Shown here piece by piece: positions 48,976 to 59,469 of a stretch of DNA of 64,000 nt. Where the stretch lies: contig JBEKWR010000007.1 in NCBI GenBank assembly GCA_049512935.1, positions 32,001-96,000 on the forward strand, read 5' to 3'. The notes beneath the pieces were generated by a model. It was not told where the DNA came from and made no database searches. It saw only the letters and a list, made by a program, of their open reading frames with translations. Numbering within the stretch: position 1 is the first letter of the stretch; every line of letters starts with the position of its first letter. This DNA is from Candidatus Bathyarchaeia archaeon. Its GTDB lineage: Archaea; Thermoproteota; Bathyarchaeia; Bathyarchaeales; Bathycorpusculaceae. A program made the position numbers and the translations under genes.

Positions 48976-50787
48976 ATGGGTGACGTCGACTCGCTTAACC
49001 ACTCGATAGACAACGCGAAGAAACATTACGGGTCAATGTTCTCCCTCATAAGTTCCAGGAAATCCCTTTTGATTCTTGCCGTGGTGTGCCTTGTAATAGG
49101 GCTCCTGTCTTATGCTGCTGTTCCTGCTCAGGGCTTAGCCCTTTCCCTTATTCTTGCTCTTTCGTTCTTTGCCCTAACCGTCTCAGCCGATCTGATAGTA
49201 AGCAAGGTGCTTCTGAAAGCCGACCCGATTTTCGTTCTGCGCCGAAACCTGTTCCTCTCCTGGTTCAGTCTGGGTGTTTGGTTAATCTTCATGATTATTG
49301 GTGTTGCGTTAGGTTTTGGCTTTGGCGAATTATGGTGGGTTAGGCTCTCACTGCTAGGTTTCGCCGCGATTGTTACCCTTAGAATCATCGTTTTTGTTGC
49401 AACGTCAGATGCAGAAGTCTGGCGAAGGGGACTGGCGGTTCTGCTTCAACCGACCCTTTGCTTGATACCGCTTCTCTTCTTTTGGGCTGGCCTTTCAGGC
49501 GCCGCCCCAGTGCAAGTCTTACCTTTCATCGTGCTCTCTCCCGTCATTGCGCTTATCGTTGGGCTGCTGTTCTTTTATCCCATAGTTCAGTTAGGCAAAA
49601 GCATCTCGATATCTTCCATACCGCTGTTCAAAGCGTTCATAGCCGACTGGGTAAGCGGTGCCAACGCGCCGCTTGAAAAATTCTTCGAAGACCTCGGGGA
49701 AAACGCGGACATTAAAGTTGACGTGCTCAAGTTTGAGTCTACAAAACCTAAAGCTGCCATCATTCTGTCACACGTGCACCCTGGACCCTTCAGCAACATC
49801 GGTAGCAGCCTGTTGCCTTCGCTCATGAAGCATGAATTTCAAAAGGTATACGCCTGCGAAGCCTGCACGCCTCTTGGCATTCTGGGGCATGAACGAGACT
49901 TAGCGTCACAAGCGCAGAATCACAAGATAATATCTCAAGTGGTGGCGTCAGCAAATTTCAAGTCGTCAGCTGACTCAGCGTCACCCCGTGTCAAAGCCAC
50001 TGAAGGTTTCGCCACTGCTTCATGCCAAATCTTCGGAGACACCGCTTTCATTTCTTTTACGCTTGCTCCGAAAACAACCGAGGATCTGCCTCAAGAGTTA
50101 GGACGCTTCGTAAGTGAAGAGGCAGAAAAATACGGGTTGAAAAACGCTATAGTCGTGAACACGCACAACAGCCTGACAGAAGTCGTTGACACCGAAGTGC
50201 ACTTAGACGCCCTGCGAACCGCCGCTTCCAGATGCCTCCAAAAGGCAGTCGCGCAGCCCAGAAGCCGCTTCAAGGTTGGCGCCGCCAGCGTTTACCCGCA
50301 GGAATTCTCGTTGAAGGATGGGATGGGGTCGGGCGGAATTACCGCGATAGCTGTCGAGGTGCAGGGGCAGAAAACCGTTTACGTGGTGATTGATGGTAAC
50401 AACATGATTTCTGGGTTGAGGGAGAAGGTCCTTGCTGCTTTGGCATCGGCTGGTTTTGGCGAAGGCGAAGTTTTCACTACTGACACTCACGCCGTCAGCG
50501 CCATTATCACGGGTCGCCGTGGCTACCATCCCGTGGGCGAAGTCATGGATAACGAGGTTCTCATTCGCTACATCTGTGACGCGGCAAAGAAGGCTGATGC
50601 AACCTCGGAGGCTTCAAGCGTCGGCAGCTTAAGCCTGGTGGTTCCCAACGTCAGGGTGATCGGGGAAGCCAGGTTGAAATCTCTGACGTCGCTTGTGGAC
50701 AGGGCAATCCAGAAAGTCAAGCAAACGTTGGTTCCCATCTTCGGGTTGGAAGGGCTAATCTTAATCCTGATTCTGCTACTTCTGTGA
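48976..50787 (+). CDS. DUF2070-family membrane protein
   Basis: N-terminal TM bundle; HPGPFSNIGSS, HERD, NTHNS, DGNNM, TTDTH. Confidence 0.85.
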   Translation: MGDVDSLNHSIDNAKKHYGSMFSLISSRKSLLILAVVCLVIGLLSYAAVPAQGLALSLILALSFFALTVSADLIVSKVLLKADPIFVLRRNLFLSWFSLGVWLIFMIIGVALGFGFGELWWVRLSLLGFAAIVTLRIIVFVATSDAEVWRRGLAVLLQPTLCLIPLLFFWAGLSGAAPVQVLPFIVLSPVIALIVGLLFFYPIVQLGKSISISSIPLFKAFIADWVSGANAPLEKFFEDLGENADIKVDVLKFESTKPKAAIILSHVHPGPFSNIGSSLLPSLMKHEFQKVYACEACTPLGILGHERDLASQAQNHKIISQVVASANFKSSADSASPRVKATEGFATASCQIFGDTAFISFTLAPKTTEDLPQELGRFVSEEAEKYGLKNAIVVNTHNSLTEVVDTEVHLDALRTAASRCLQKAVAQPRSRFKVGAASVYPQEFSLKDGMGSGGITAIAVEVQGQKTVYVVIDGNNMISGLREKVLAALASAGFGEGEVFTTDTHAVSAIITGRRGYHPVGEVMDNEVLIRYICDAAKKADATSEASSVGSLSLVVPNVRVIGEARLKSLTSLVDRAIQKVKQTLVPIFGLEGLILILILLLL

Positions 50788-50904
50788 GTTAAAGCCGTTT
50801 TTCACGGCGGGTAAAGGTGAACATTGCCTGTTTACTAGTCCCTTTTTGCGGGAGTTTTCTGGGAAATGTCTTATCCGAGAATTGTTGTCAAAAGAAACCT
50901 GAAT

Positions 50905-51459
50905 CTACTTTGCCTTAACGTTTTTGAGGGTTCTGCGCGGTTTTCTCTTAAGCTCTGTGCCGCAGACAAGACACTCTTTGGATGAGCAGTTTGCGGGGTA
51001 CTCGCGGTGGCATGCTGGACAGTATCTTACCCACTCTAAAAGGCGCTTTATACCGAAGGTGCCGAGTGCTAAAAACTCGATGCCCATCTGTGTCGCAACG
51101 TTCTGGATTGAATAGTCGTCAGTTACTATTTGAGGCGTGTAGCCCTCGGCTTTCAACTCAATGCACAGCGCCAAAAGCTGCATATCCGCCCTCGAAAGCA
51201 GGTACGAGTCGCCGAGTTTGCTTGCAGAAACCTTCGCGGCGTTCAAGAATTCTTCTCGGGGCGCTTTAACCTTGACCTTCCCGCTTTCAATAGCCGCCTT
51301 AAACCTTGTGCTTATGATCGAGTTCCTTCTTATTTCCTCTTCAACCGCGGGAACAGTCGCCAGTTCTTCACTCAAACTGAAAGGGTCAAAGCCAGCCAAG
51401 AACGCGCTGGTATCTAGGACAACGACTTTTCGGCATTGATTGTTTTCTTCGCCTGTCAT
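50905..51459 (-). CDS. nob1: NOB1-family PIN endonuclease
   Basis: VLDTSAFL, LSRAD, TDDYSIQNVA, CPAC...CLVCG. Confidence 0.92.
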   Translation of the reverse strand: MTGEENNQCRKVVVLDTSAFLAGFDPFSLSEELATVPAVEEEIRRNSIISTRFKAAIESGKVKVKAPREEFLNAAKVSASKLGDSYLLSRADMQLLALCIELKAEGYTPQIVTDDYSIQNVATQMGIEFLALGTFGIKRLLEWVRYCPACHREYPANCSSKECLVCGTELKRKPRRTLKNVKAK

Positions 51460-52307
51460 TCTGTTCCCTTAAAAAGAAGTCGACCTCTTAATCGGTCGTA
51501 GAAGTCGCAGTCAAACCTGATGAAGGACGTCACGTTCTTTGACACAGTGACTTTCAACGTTGGATCTGTGCCGCTTACAAGTCTGCGGTATTTTCCGTCA
51601 ATCGACACAAGCACCTGCTTCGGGTTAACCACATTGAACGTGATCGATGAGTCCGAGGGAAAAACAAGTGAAGGAAAAGCGGTTAACGAGCAGATGGACG
51701 TGACAACAAACGAGTCAACACACGGGTCTAACACGGGGCCTCCTGCTGAAAGAGAATAACCCGTCGAGCCTGTTGGCGTAGCGGCGATTAAGCCGTCCGC
51801 TTGGCATTTAAGAATGGGCTTTCCATCCTTGAATATCTGGGCGGAAAGGATGCTTGCCGGCTCGCCAGCCGAAATGACCACGTCGTTCAACGCGTCTGGA
51901 AACGATTCCTCGCCCGAAGCGACGGATAACTTGGCGCACTTTTCAATCCTGTAATCGCCCCGCAAGATCTTATCCACTGCATCACGTGCGTTTTTCGGTT
52001 CCACCTCAGTTAGGAATCCTCTTTCACCCATGTTAACGGTTAAAATCGGCGGCTCAGGCTTAGGCACGGTTATGCAGGTGCGCAAAATGGTTCCGTCCCC
52101 GCCTATCGTGATTATGAAGTCGGTCCGCATTTTTGAGAGGGAAATCATCTCCGCCTGCGGCGCATTGACTTTTCCCGCAAGCGTATCTTCTAAGTAAACC
52201 TTCAACCCTTTCTTTGCAAGATGCTCCGCCAACTCCTCGATAAGCTTCAAAGCTGCCTTCTTGTCGTAGCGGGCGACCAAACCGACGGTTTTGAACACAA
52301 ATTCCAC
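51456..52307 (-). CDS. nadK: NAD kinase
   Basis: GGDGTIL, GFL, ALND, DGLIAATPTGSTGYSLSAGGP. Confidence 0.95.
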   Translation of the reverse strand: MEFVFKTVGLVARYDKKAALKLIEELAEHLAKKGLKVYLEDTLAGKVNAPQAEMISLSKMRTDFIITIGGDGTILRTCITVPKPEPPILTVNMGERGFLTEVEPKNARDAVDKILRGDYRIEKCAKLSVASGEESFPDALNDVVISAGEPASILSAQIFKDGKPILKCQADGLIAATPTGSTGYSLSAGGPVLDPCVDSFVVTSICSLTAFPSLVFPSDSSITFNVVNPKQVLVSIDGKYRRLVSGTDPTLKVTVSKNVTSFIRFDCDFYDRLRGRLLFKGTE

Positions 52308-52393
52308 TGCTCAGTAAAATAGCGTCACCTTAATCTATATATGGGTGTTGTTCAAAATGCATTGATTAGAAAAGTGTACTAATTGGTGAGTGT

Positions 52394-52789
52394 ATGAGTA
52401 AACCGGTTGACGTTGGAGAGCTGCGCGTTGGCGGCTACATGATGATTGAAGGCGAACCCTGCCGCATAATGGACATTGCAAAGTCTAAACCTGGAAAACA
52501 CGGGTCCGCAAAAGCCAGAATCGTCGCGATAGGCGTTTTTGACAAGCAGAAGCGGCAGTTCGTGAAGCCAGTTGACCTTGGCGCGGAAGTTCCCATAATC
52601 GATAAGAGGGCGGGTCAAGTTTTCGCTGTGAACCCAACGGGAGTGCAAATTATGGATCTGGAAACTTACGAGTACATTGATGCGCCTTTTCCTGACGAGG
52701 AAGAAGTCCCCAAAGCCAAGCTTACAGCCGGCACCGAAATTGAGTACTGGAAAATACTGGGCAGAGTAAAAATCGTCCGCGCAAAATAA
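52394..52789 (+). CDS. eif5a: Translation factor aIF-5A
   Basis: Hypusine motif KSKPGKHGSAKAR. Confidence 0.97.
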   Translation: MSKPVDVGELRVGGYMMIEGEPCRIMDIAKSKPGKHGSAKARIVAIGVFDKQKRQFVKPVDLGAEVPIIDKRAGQVFAVNPTGVQIMDLETYEYIDAPFPDEEEVPKAKLTAGTEIEYWKILGRVKIVRAK

Positions 52790-52965
52790 ACTGCGCCCAC
52801 GGGGTTTTCTTTTCTATCAAAATCTTAATTTTACACATATTTCCCGTCAACTCGCATGTTAAAAACGCTTTGTTTCACGTTAAAAAACGCGCTCGCGCTT
52901 CCATGTTGAACCATGTTGAATCATAGTTGGAGCCTAACAGAAGCATCTAGTAGACCGAGACGGCG

Positions 52966-53171
52966 CGACCCTATACGGGTAGCTACTATTTACATCAAAA
53001 TTTCATTGTAAATATGGGTTCTTGCGTGCCAGTTGATTGGTCGCCAAGAACGAACGACCCTGTAGGGTAGGCTACTATTTGTGACAAAAAACCACCACAA
53101 AAAGCGCCAAGCCCTCAATCGCACACGAGGGGAGGGGGTCTAGTATTTGTGACCAAAAGCAACCACAAAAA
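52966..53171. repeat. Three degenerate ~40-45 bp direct repeats
   Basis: CGACCC..GGGT.(G)CTACTATTT at 52966 and 53055; GGGTCTAGTATTTGTGAC...CCACAAAAA at about 53136. Confidence 0.55.
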
Positions 53172-53177
53172 TGGTTT

Positions 53178-53378
53178 TTAGCTCCACCATTTCCACCCAA
53201 GCTTATTGAAGATCACGTACATTGCCAAAAGGATTATTCCCCAGCTCAACGCGACACCTGCGATCAAAAGCGCAATGTTGCTGTGCAGGTAAACGTAGAC
53301 TGCCCATGCTCCAAAAACAGCTAAACCGACAAGCAGCAAAAAGAAGATTGCTGCGTGAATGAAACGTTCAGCACCCAA
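53178..53378 (-). CDS. Small 2-TM membrane protein
   Basis: Two hydrophobic helices; AGGTG SD. Confidence 0.65.
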   Translation of the reverse strand: MGAERFIHAAIFFLLLVGLAVFGAWAVYVYLHSNIALLIAGVALSWGIILLAMYVIFNKLGWKWWS

Positions 53379-53640
53379 CCGCTAACACCTAATTGATGAT
53401 ATGTGCCCGTCAAGTGTTAAAAGATTTTCCATCAACGTTTATTTTCCAGTCGCACCCTTTTTAGGTGAAGCCAATGATGCATGAAGAGCCGTCTGAATCG
53501 TGAAGAACAATTAACATGGGGAACTGAGGCTTCAAAGAAACCGCGGCGCTTTGCAGCGGTCAATTTAGGTGTTTTCCGCAGTTTTAAGCTGTAATATTTA
53601 TCTGAAGGAACCGCAGCATGATAAGGATTGAGAGACTCCG

Positions 53641-54987
53641 ATGGCACTAGACAAGTTAAGCTCCTCTTTGACCGACGCCATAAAAAAGCTGTTCAGGGCT
53701 GGCGTAGTGGACGAAGCCACAGTGAAGGAACTTGTCCGCGACATACAGCGGGCGCTGCTTCAAGCAGACGTCAACGTGCAGCTTGTTCTCGACATTTCAA
53801 AACGCATAGAAGAGCGCGCATTGAAAGAGAAGGTTCCACCGGGCATCTCAAGACGGGAACACGTCATAAAAGTCGTCTACGAAGAGCTAACCCGTTTCAT
53901 AGGAGAAAAGCCTGTTCCAATCAAAATCGAGCTTGGCCAAAGAAAAATCATCATGCTCGTGGGAATCCAAGGGTCAGGCAAAACTACTCAGGCATCTAAA
54001 CTGGCACGGTACTTCCAGAAGAGGGGGCTAAAGCCTGCGCTGATCTGCGCCGACACTTACCGCCCAGGCGCGTACGCTCAGCTTCAGCAACTGGCAAACA
54101 GGATAAACATCCCCATCTACGGCGACCCCAAGTCTAAGGACCCGGTGAAGGTTGTCAAGGAAGGCTTGAAACAGTTCACGGGCAAGGACCTGATAATCGT
54201 TGACACGGCGGGCAGGCACAAGGAAGAAAAAGACCTCATCAAAGAAATGAAGGACCTGGAGAAGCACATTAAGCCTGACGAGGTCATAATGGTCATCGAC
54301 GGCACCATCGGCCAGCAAGCGCTCATCCAGGCAAAAGCCTTCCACGAAGCAACACCCATAGGCGCAATCATCGTCACAAAACTAGACGGCTCCTCACGCG
54401 GCGGAGGCGCATTGTCAGCGGTCGCGGCAACAGGCGCCCCGATAAAGTTCATCGGCACAGGAGAAAAAATCGAAGACATCGAACCGTTTATTCCCCAGCG
54501 TTTCGTAGGACGCCTACTAGGCATGGGCGACTTGGAGACGCTTCTGGAGAAGGTGCACGACGCCGAAATCAAAGTACCAGATAAAAAAGCCAAAGAAATC
54601 CTCAGCGGCAAATTCACCTTAACCGATATGTACGAGCAGTTCCAAGCTGTCAAGAAAATGGGGCCTTTCAGCAAGGTTCTCAAGATGCTGCCAGGCATGT
54701 CCCAAGACATCCCCCAGGACATGCTTAACACGGCTGAAGGACGCCTTGAAAAGTGGGGCGTGATAATTCAGTCCATGACGCCTCAAGAGCGGGATAACCC
54801 CAAACTGCTTAACTCTTCAAGGGCAAGGCGTGTGGCGCACGGTTCAGGAACAACCGAGAAAGACGTCAAGGAACTGCTTAAGCAGTACGATATGATGCGT
54901 AAGATGCTGAAGATGATGAAGCACAAAAAGAAGTTGCCCTTCGGCTTAGGCGGAAAAGGCATGCCCGCTAACTTTCCAGTAGGCTAA
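53641..54987 (+). CDS. srp54: Signal recognition particle protein SRP54
   Basis: LLQADVNV, GIQGSGKTT, DTAGRH, TKLDG, M-domain. Confidence 0.97.
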   Translation: MALDKLSSSLTDAIKKLFRAGVVDEATVKELVRDIQRALLQADVNVQLVLDISKRIEERALKEKVPPGISRREHVIKVVYEELTRFIGEKPVPIKIELGQRKIIMLVGIQGSGKTTQASKLARYFQKRGLKPALICADTYRPGAYAQLQQLANRINIPIYGDPKSKDPVKVVKEGLKQFTGKDLIIVDTAGRHKEEKDLIKEMKDLEKHIKPDEVIMVIDGTIGQQALIQAKAFHEATPIGAIIVTKLDGSSRGGGALSAVAATGAPIKFIGTGEKIEDIEPFIPQRFVGRLLGMGDLETLLEKVHDAEIKVPDKKAKEILSGKFTLTDMYEQFQAVKKMGPFSKVLKMLPGMSQDIPQDMLNTAEGRLEKWGVIIQSMTPQERDNPKLLNSSRARRVAHGSGTTEKDVKELLKQYDMMRKMLKMMKHKKKLPFGLGGKGMPANFPVG

Positions 54988-54992
54988 ACGAC

Positions 54993-56324
54993 ATGGATAT
55001 ACTGGAAAAAGCGCTTGAGCTTCTCAGCAAGTACCCCCTCTGCGACCACTGCATTGGCAGGCAATTCGCGTTGCTCGGGTACAACATGGAAAACAACGTT
55101 CGAGGATCAGCCCTAAAAGTCAGTTTAACCCTGCAAGCAAACAACCTGGCAAAAGAAGACAACCCCAACGGCGTTAAACACCTAAAAGTTTTGGCAACCA
55201 ACGGCTTTTCAAGAGAAGCCCAAGAAACCCTAAAACACCTGAAAAAACGCGTTCCCAAACACGCTGAAGCCAAGTGTTTTCTCTGCGAAGGCAAATTCGA
55301 GCTTATCGACGCTCTAACCGAGAAGTCTTTAGCCGCCGTTCAGGGGTACGAGTACACCACTTTCCTCGTAGGAATCGAACTGCCCGTCAAGGTTGAGGAA
55401 CGTGAAGACGAGTTTAAAGCCGCCTTCAACCTCGGCTACAGCGAAAGCATCAAGCATGAGTTTGGAAGATTATTCGGCAAAGCCCTCGGGTTGCGCACGG
55501 GCAAAGAGGCAGACTATCTGAAGCCTGACATGGTCGTGGTAATCAACCCTTTCCGCGAGAGCGTTCGCCTTCAGGTTAACCCTCTTTTCGTCGCTGGCAG
55601 ATACCGCAAGCTCGTAAGGGATATTCCGCAGTCGAAATGGTTCTGCTCAAACTGCCGTGGAAGAGGCTGCGAAAAATGCGGCGGAACAGGCAAACTGTAC
55701 CCTGAATCGGTAGAGGAACTCTCGTCAAAACCCCTTCTGGAAACAGCAGAAGGCGAAACAACATCTTTCCACGCTTCCGGCCGCGAAGACATCGACGCTA
55801 GAATGCTAGGCACAGGACGCCCCTTTGTCATCGAGGTTTCCAAGCCAAAGAAACGGTTTTTTGACCTCAAAGAAATCGAACGTAAAATTAACGCGGGCGC
55901 CATAGGAAAGGTTGAGGTTTCACGGTTACGCTTCGCAGACAAGGACGTGGTGAGGCGCCTGAAAAAAGGCGAGGGCTCCCAGAAAAAATACCGTTTGCTA
56001 GCCGAATTTGAAAGTGATGTTTCCGACGAGGGCTTACGCATGCTGGAGGAAAGGCTCAGCGGCGCTTTGATTAAGCAGCAGACGCCTCTCCGCGTTGTGC
56101 ATAGGAGGGCGGATCTTACGCGGGAAAGGTACATATATAAGCTTAAAGTTAAGAAGGTGTCGCTTAAGAGGGCCATGTTGGAAATTTACTGTCAAGGTGG
56201 CCTCTACGTCAAAGAATTGGTGTCTGGAGATGAAGGAAGAACAAACCCGAACGTTTCAGATCTGCTCGCAAACAGAGCGAAGACGCTTAAGCTTGACGTT
56301 TTAAAAGTTATGATGAATGATTAA
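54993..56324 (+). CDS. pus10: tRNA pseudouridine(54/55) synthase Pus10
   Basis: LCDHCIGRQF, GRYRKLVRDIPQ, FHASGREDIDARMLGTGRPF, GGLYVKEL. Confidence 0.95.
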   Translation: MDILEKALELLSKYPLCDHCIGRQFALLGYNMENNVRGSALKVSLTLQANNLAKEDNPNGVKHLKVLATNGFSREAQETLKHLKKRVPKHAEAKCFLCEGKFELIDALTEKSLAAVQGYEYTTFLVGIELPVKVEEREDEFKAAFNLGYSESIKHEFGRLFGKALGLRTGKEADYLKPDMVVVINPFRESVRLQVNPLFVAGRYRKLVRDIPQSKWFCSNCRGRGCEKCGGTGKLYPESVEELSSKPLLETAEGETTSFHASGREDIDARMLGTGRPFVIEVSKPKKRFFDLKEIERKINAGAIGKVEVSRLRFADKDVVRRLKKGEGSQKKYRLLAEFESDVSDEGLRMLEERLSGALIKQQTPLRVVHRRADLTRERYIYKLKVKKVSLKRAMLEIYCQGGLYVKELVSGDEGRTNPNVSDLLANRAKTLKLDVLKVMMND

Positions 56325-56339
56325 CAAGGTGAAATTTGG

Positions 56340-56645
56340 ATGAGAGGTTCAAAAGGATATTACGCTGGTACTCGCAGCCTACTGAAAAAGGCAACCAGAG
56401 AAAAAGGGAAACCGAAAATCAAAAAAATACTTCAAGACTACCCGCCTGGATCCCAAGTGATAATAAAGATGGATTCCAGCACGCAGAAGAGCATGCCGCA
56501 TAAACGTTTCCACGGCAAAATAGGTACAATCAAAGACAAACGCGGACGAGGGTACGTCGTGGTTGTGCCGCAGGGTAACAGCATTAAAGAAATCATTGTC
56601 CGCTCTGAACATTTAGAGCCGTACATGGGCAGTGGGACACAATGA
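56340..56645 (+). CDS. rpl21e: 50S ribosomal protein L21e
   Basis: SKGYYAGTRSLL, MPHKRFHGKIG, IVRSEHL. Confidence 0.95.
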   Translation: MRGSKGYYAGTRSLLKKATREKGKPKIKKILQDYPPGSQVIIKMDSSTQKSMPHKRFHGKIGTIKDKRGRGYVVVVPQGNSIKEIIVRSEHLEPYMGSGTQ

Positions 56646-56980
56646 GCAAAAGAGAAGTTAGCGAAAACCGTTTAACGTTGCCTCAGGTTAAGAAACTTTT
56701 AGAAACCATCGGCGAGGAAAACCTGGATCAATTCCAGCGTCGAACGCTCGATTACGTTAACAAGTTCTCGAAAGCTGACCCTGAAAAGGCGGAAGAGCTC
56801 CTGCAGGTCCTTACCAAGGAGTATGAAATTGACGAGGCTGAAGCGATCCAAATCATAAATTGCATGCCTGAAACAGTTGATGAGTTGCGTGTTTTCCTAG
56901 CTGGCGGGCGGAAGATCATTGAGACCTCAAAATTGAAGGCAATCGTTGAGCTTCTGAATGAGAACCGGACTTTGAAGTAG
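56642..56980 (+). CDS. rpoF: RNA polymerase subunit Rpo4 (F)
   Basis: FQRRTLDYVNKFSK, IINCMPETVDELR; canonical position after rpl21e. Confidence 0.92.
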   Translation: MSKREVSENRLTLPQVKKLLETIGEENLDQFQRRTLDYVNKFSKADPEKAEELLQVLTKEYEIDEAEAIQIINCMPETVDELRVFLAGGRKIIETSKLKAIVELLNENRTLK

Positions 56981-57043
56981 CCCTAAGCGACTAAGTATTT
57001 TTAAGCAGTAAGCACAATAGAATACAGGGCTTAGTGACTACTA

Positions 57044-57610
57044 ATGGAAAAGCGGTATGAAGAGTACGCCTACGTACTAGATTTCCTGTCGCATGGTAAA
57101 CCAGGGTTCCGTCCAACCGGGCGGGCAGGCTACAGGGCAGGTGCTCTGATTCAGAGTGTCGGCGAAGAGTTTTTCACGCTCTTAGAGGCTTTGGTAAAGG
57201 AGGGGTTAGTCTTGAAGCCTGGCGACCGCGTGTACGTTGGCAAAGATTCCCGTTCGGAGGTTACTTACATTATAGGGCGCGTCGGCTATGATGAGTTAAC
57301 CGCGTCGGCCAAGGCTGAGCTTCCAAGCGTGATTAATCGTGTTGTGCTGAATAGGGAGCAGTGGTTTGTGAACTTTTTCAACACGGCTCGTGCGATTACT
57401 CCTCGAATGCATGCCTTAGAACTTGTGCCTGGCATCGGCAAAAAGTACATGTGGCAAGTGATCAATGAGCGTACCCGAAAGCCGTTTGAAAGTTTTGAGG
57501 ACTTGCAGAAGCGAACCGAGCTGCCTAACCCCGTGAAGCTGATTACCAAACGGGTTATGGAGGAGCTTGAGGGCGACAGCAAGTATCGATTGTTCACGCG
57601 GGCGCAGTAA
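57044..57610 (+). CDS. DUF655-family RNA-binding protein
   Basis: EEYAYVLDFL, FTLLE, RMHALELVPGIGKK, KYRLF. Confidence 0.92.
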   Translation: MEKRYEEYAYVLDFLSHGKPGFRPTGRAGYRAGALIQSVGEEFFTLLEALVKEGLVLKPGDRVYVGKDSRSEVTYIIGRVGYDELTASAKAELPSVINRVVLNREQWFVNFFNTARAITPRMHALELVPGIGKKYMWQVINERTRKPFESFEDLQKRTELPNPVKLITKRVMEELEGDSKYRLFTRAQ

Positions 57611-57620
57611 GGCATAGCAG

Positions 57621-58439
57621 ATGAGCCTTGAAGAAACGAAGCAACTGCTTCGAACCTATCGAATCACCCCGAATAGGCTTCTGGGGCAGAATTTCATGGT
57701 TGAGCCGTCTCTCTACGGCAAAATGTGCTTTTACGCGTCGCTCGATCCTTCGGATGTGGTGTTGGATGTTGGTGCAGGCTTCGGTTTTCTAAGCCGTTTC
57801 TTGGCTGGCAAGTGCAAAGCTGTAATTGCAGTTGAGAAAGACCCCAACGTCGCGGAGGCGCTTCGTAAACAGGTCGAACGGGTCGGCAACGTGACCGTGA
57901 TAGAAGGAGACGTGTTGATGGCTGGGCTGCCGACGTTTAACAAGGTTATAGCGATTCCTCCCTACTCTCTTTCTTCTCATCTTGCAATGTGGCTTCTTGA
58001 ACAAAACATTGATTGTGCGGTGCTTATTGTTCAAAAAGAATTTGCCAGGCGGCTTGATGCGAAGGTAGGCAGCGAGGATTACGGCTGGTTAACCGTTCTA
58101 ACCTTCCCGCGAGTGAAGGCTGAACTTTTGGATGCTGTTCCTAAAGGCATGTTTTTTCCTGAGCCGAAGGTTGATTCAGTTGTTGTTCGGCTTACTCCTT
58201 GGGATAAACGCAAGTTTGAAGTTGGGGACGAGGTGTTCTTTAAGCAGCTCACAAAGTGGCTCTTTACTCAACGCAACAAAAAGTTAGGTAAAGCGATCGC
58301 GCCTTTCCTTAAGTCTAATCTGCGGTTGAGCAAGCAAGACGCGCAGAAGATTGCGGCTGCGTTGCCATTTCATGATGAACGCGTGAGAGAGTTGATCCCT
58401 GAACAGTTTGGAGAATTAGCAAATGCAGTTCCCCGTTAG
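57621..58439 (+). CDS. rsmA: 16S rRNA dimethyladenosine transferase
   Basis: LGQNFM, DVGAGFG, IPPYSLS, QKEFARRL, FFPEPKVDS. Confidence 0.93.
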   Translation: MSLEETKQLLRTYRITPNRLLGQNFMVEPSLYGKMCFYASLDPSDVVLDVGAGFGFLSRFLAGKCKAVIAVEKDPNVAEALRKQVERVGNVTVIEGDVLMAGLPTFNKVIAIPPYSLSSHLAMWLLEQNIDCAVLIVQKEFARRLDAKVGSEDYGWLTVLTFPRVKAELLDAVPKGMFFPEPKVDSVVVRLTPWDKRKFEVGDEVFFKQLTKWLFTQRNKKLGKAIAPFLKSNLRLSKQDAQKIAAALPFHDERVRELIPEQFGELANAVPR

Positions 58440-59037
58440 TCGAGTGAACTTCGGCAAGTTCGTTTTTGATGTTTGGGAGAACGTTTACGCGCCTGCAGAG
58501 GACTCTTTTCTTTTTGCTGAAAACCTTGAGGTTGAAGAGGGTTCAAGTGTGCTAGATTTGGGCGCTGGCTGTGGCATCTTGGGCGTGATTGCAGCGGAAA
58601 AAGCCGCTGGGGTTCTCTCGGTTGACCTAAATCCCTTCGCGGTGCGTTGTGCAAGAGCGAATTCGGTGCTTAACAAACTAGAGGGCAAAATGGCTTTCGT
58701 GCAGGCTGATCTATTGACGGCTTTTGACGAGAACGCAAAGTTTGATTTAATCCTCTTTAACGCGCCTTACTTGCCAGCGGTTGAAGGCGAGGATGAAACT
58801 TGGATTGGCCGCGCGTGGGCAGGAGGCGTTAACGGGCGGCAGGTTATCGACCGTTTCATTTCCCAGGTTGGGCGGCACTTGAAAGCTGGCGGTCGGGTTC
58901 TCTTGATGCAGTCAACGCTTGCCAACGTTGAAGAAACAGCTTTCAGGTTTGGGGCTCATGGGCTTAAAGCGAGCGTTAAGGCGGAACGTGCGCTTCCTTT
59001 CTTTGAGACTTTGACGCTTGTGGAAGCCAAGTTTTAG
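58423..59037 (+). CDS. HemK2/MTQ2-like methyltransferase
   Basis: VYAPAEDSFL, LDLGAGCG, FNAPY, WAGGVNGR. Confidence 0.9.
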   Translation: MQFPVSRVNFGKFVFDVWENVYAPAEDSFLFAENLEVEEGSSVLDLGAGCGILGVIAAEKAAGVLSVDLNPFAVRCARANSVLNKLEGKMAFVQADLLTAFDENAKFDLILFNAPYLPAVEGEDETWIGRAWAGGVNGRQVIDRFISQVGRHLKAGGRVLLMQSTLANVEETAFRFGAHGLKASVKAERALPFFETLTLVEAKF

Positions 59038-59110
59038 TCCACAGTCTTTTGCCCAGCAATGTGAAAAGCAAATAAGGGGATTGTGTATTGGTTATTGTGG
59101 TGAATGCGAG

Positions 59111-59440
59111 ATGGTAAGTTGGTTTTACGTTAAGACAAGCGACGATCCCAAAGTTGTCGGAGAGGTTGTGTGTAGCTTTAACTTTGAGCAGGGCGAGCAT
59201 CCTCAGGACCAGTACTCTTGGATTTTGGTTCCTGGCAGGGATTCGCCTGACTACTGGGAGATAAGGGGCAAGTACGCCGTGTTAAAGGACCTCGCTGAAA
59301 TCGGTATTGTTTACAGGATAGGTGACACGGTGGTTTTTGCTGAGATAGAGGATTCTTTGGCGCCTGACCTTGTTGATCCCCTGATAACTAAGTATGGTTT
59401 TGACAACGTGAAGTGGATAGTGGTTCCGGGAAGCCGCTGA
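59111..59440 (+). CDS. Hypothetical protein
   Basis: ATG 59111 with GGTGA SD; globular composition. Confidence 0.7.
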   Translation: MVSWFYVKTSDDPKVVGEVVCSFNFEQGEHPQDQYSWILVPGRDSPDYWEIRGKYAVLKDLAEIGIVYRIGDTVVFAEIEDSLAPDLVDPLITKYGFDNVKWIVVPGSR

Positions 59441-59469
59441 TCGTCGTTAACCTTCGACTTTCTCTTTCG

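Noticed and set aside
52895-53171. CRISPR array or SRP RNA near srp54
   Set aside because: Repeats are non-identical and few, no cas genes are present, and no GC-rich 7S RNA helix pattern is visible.
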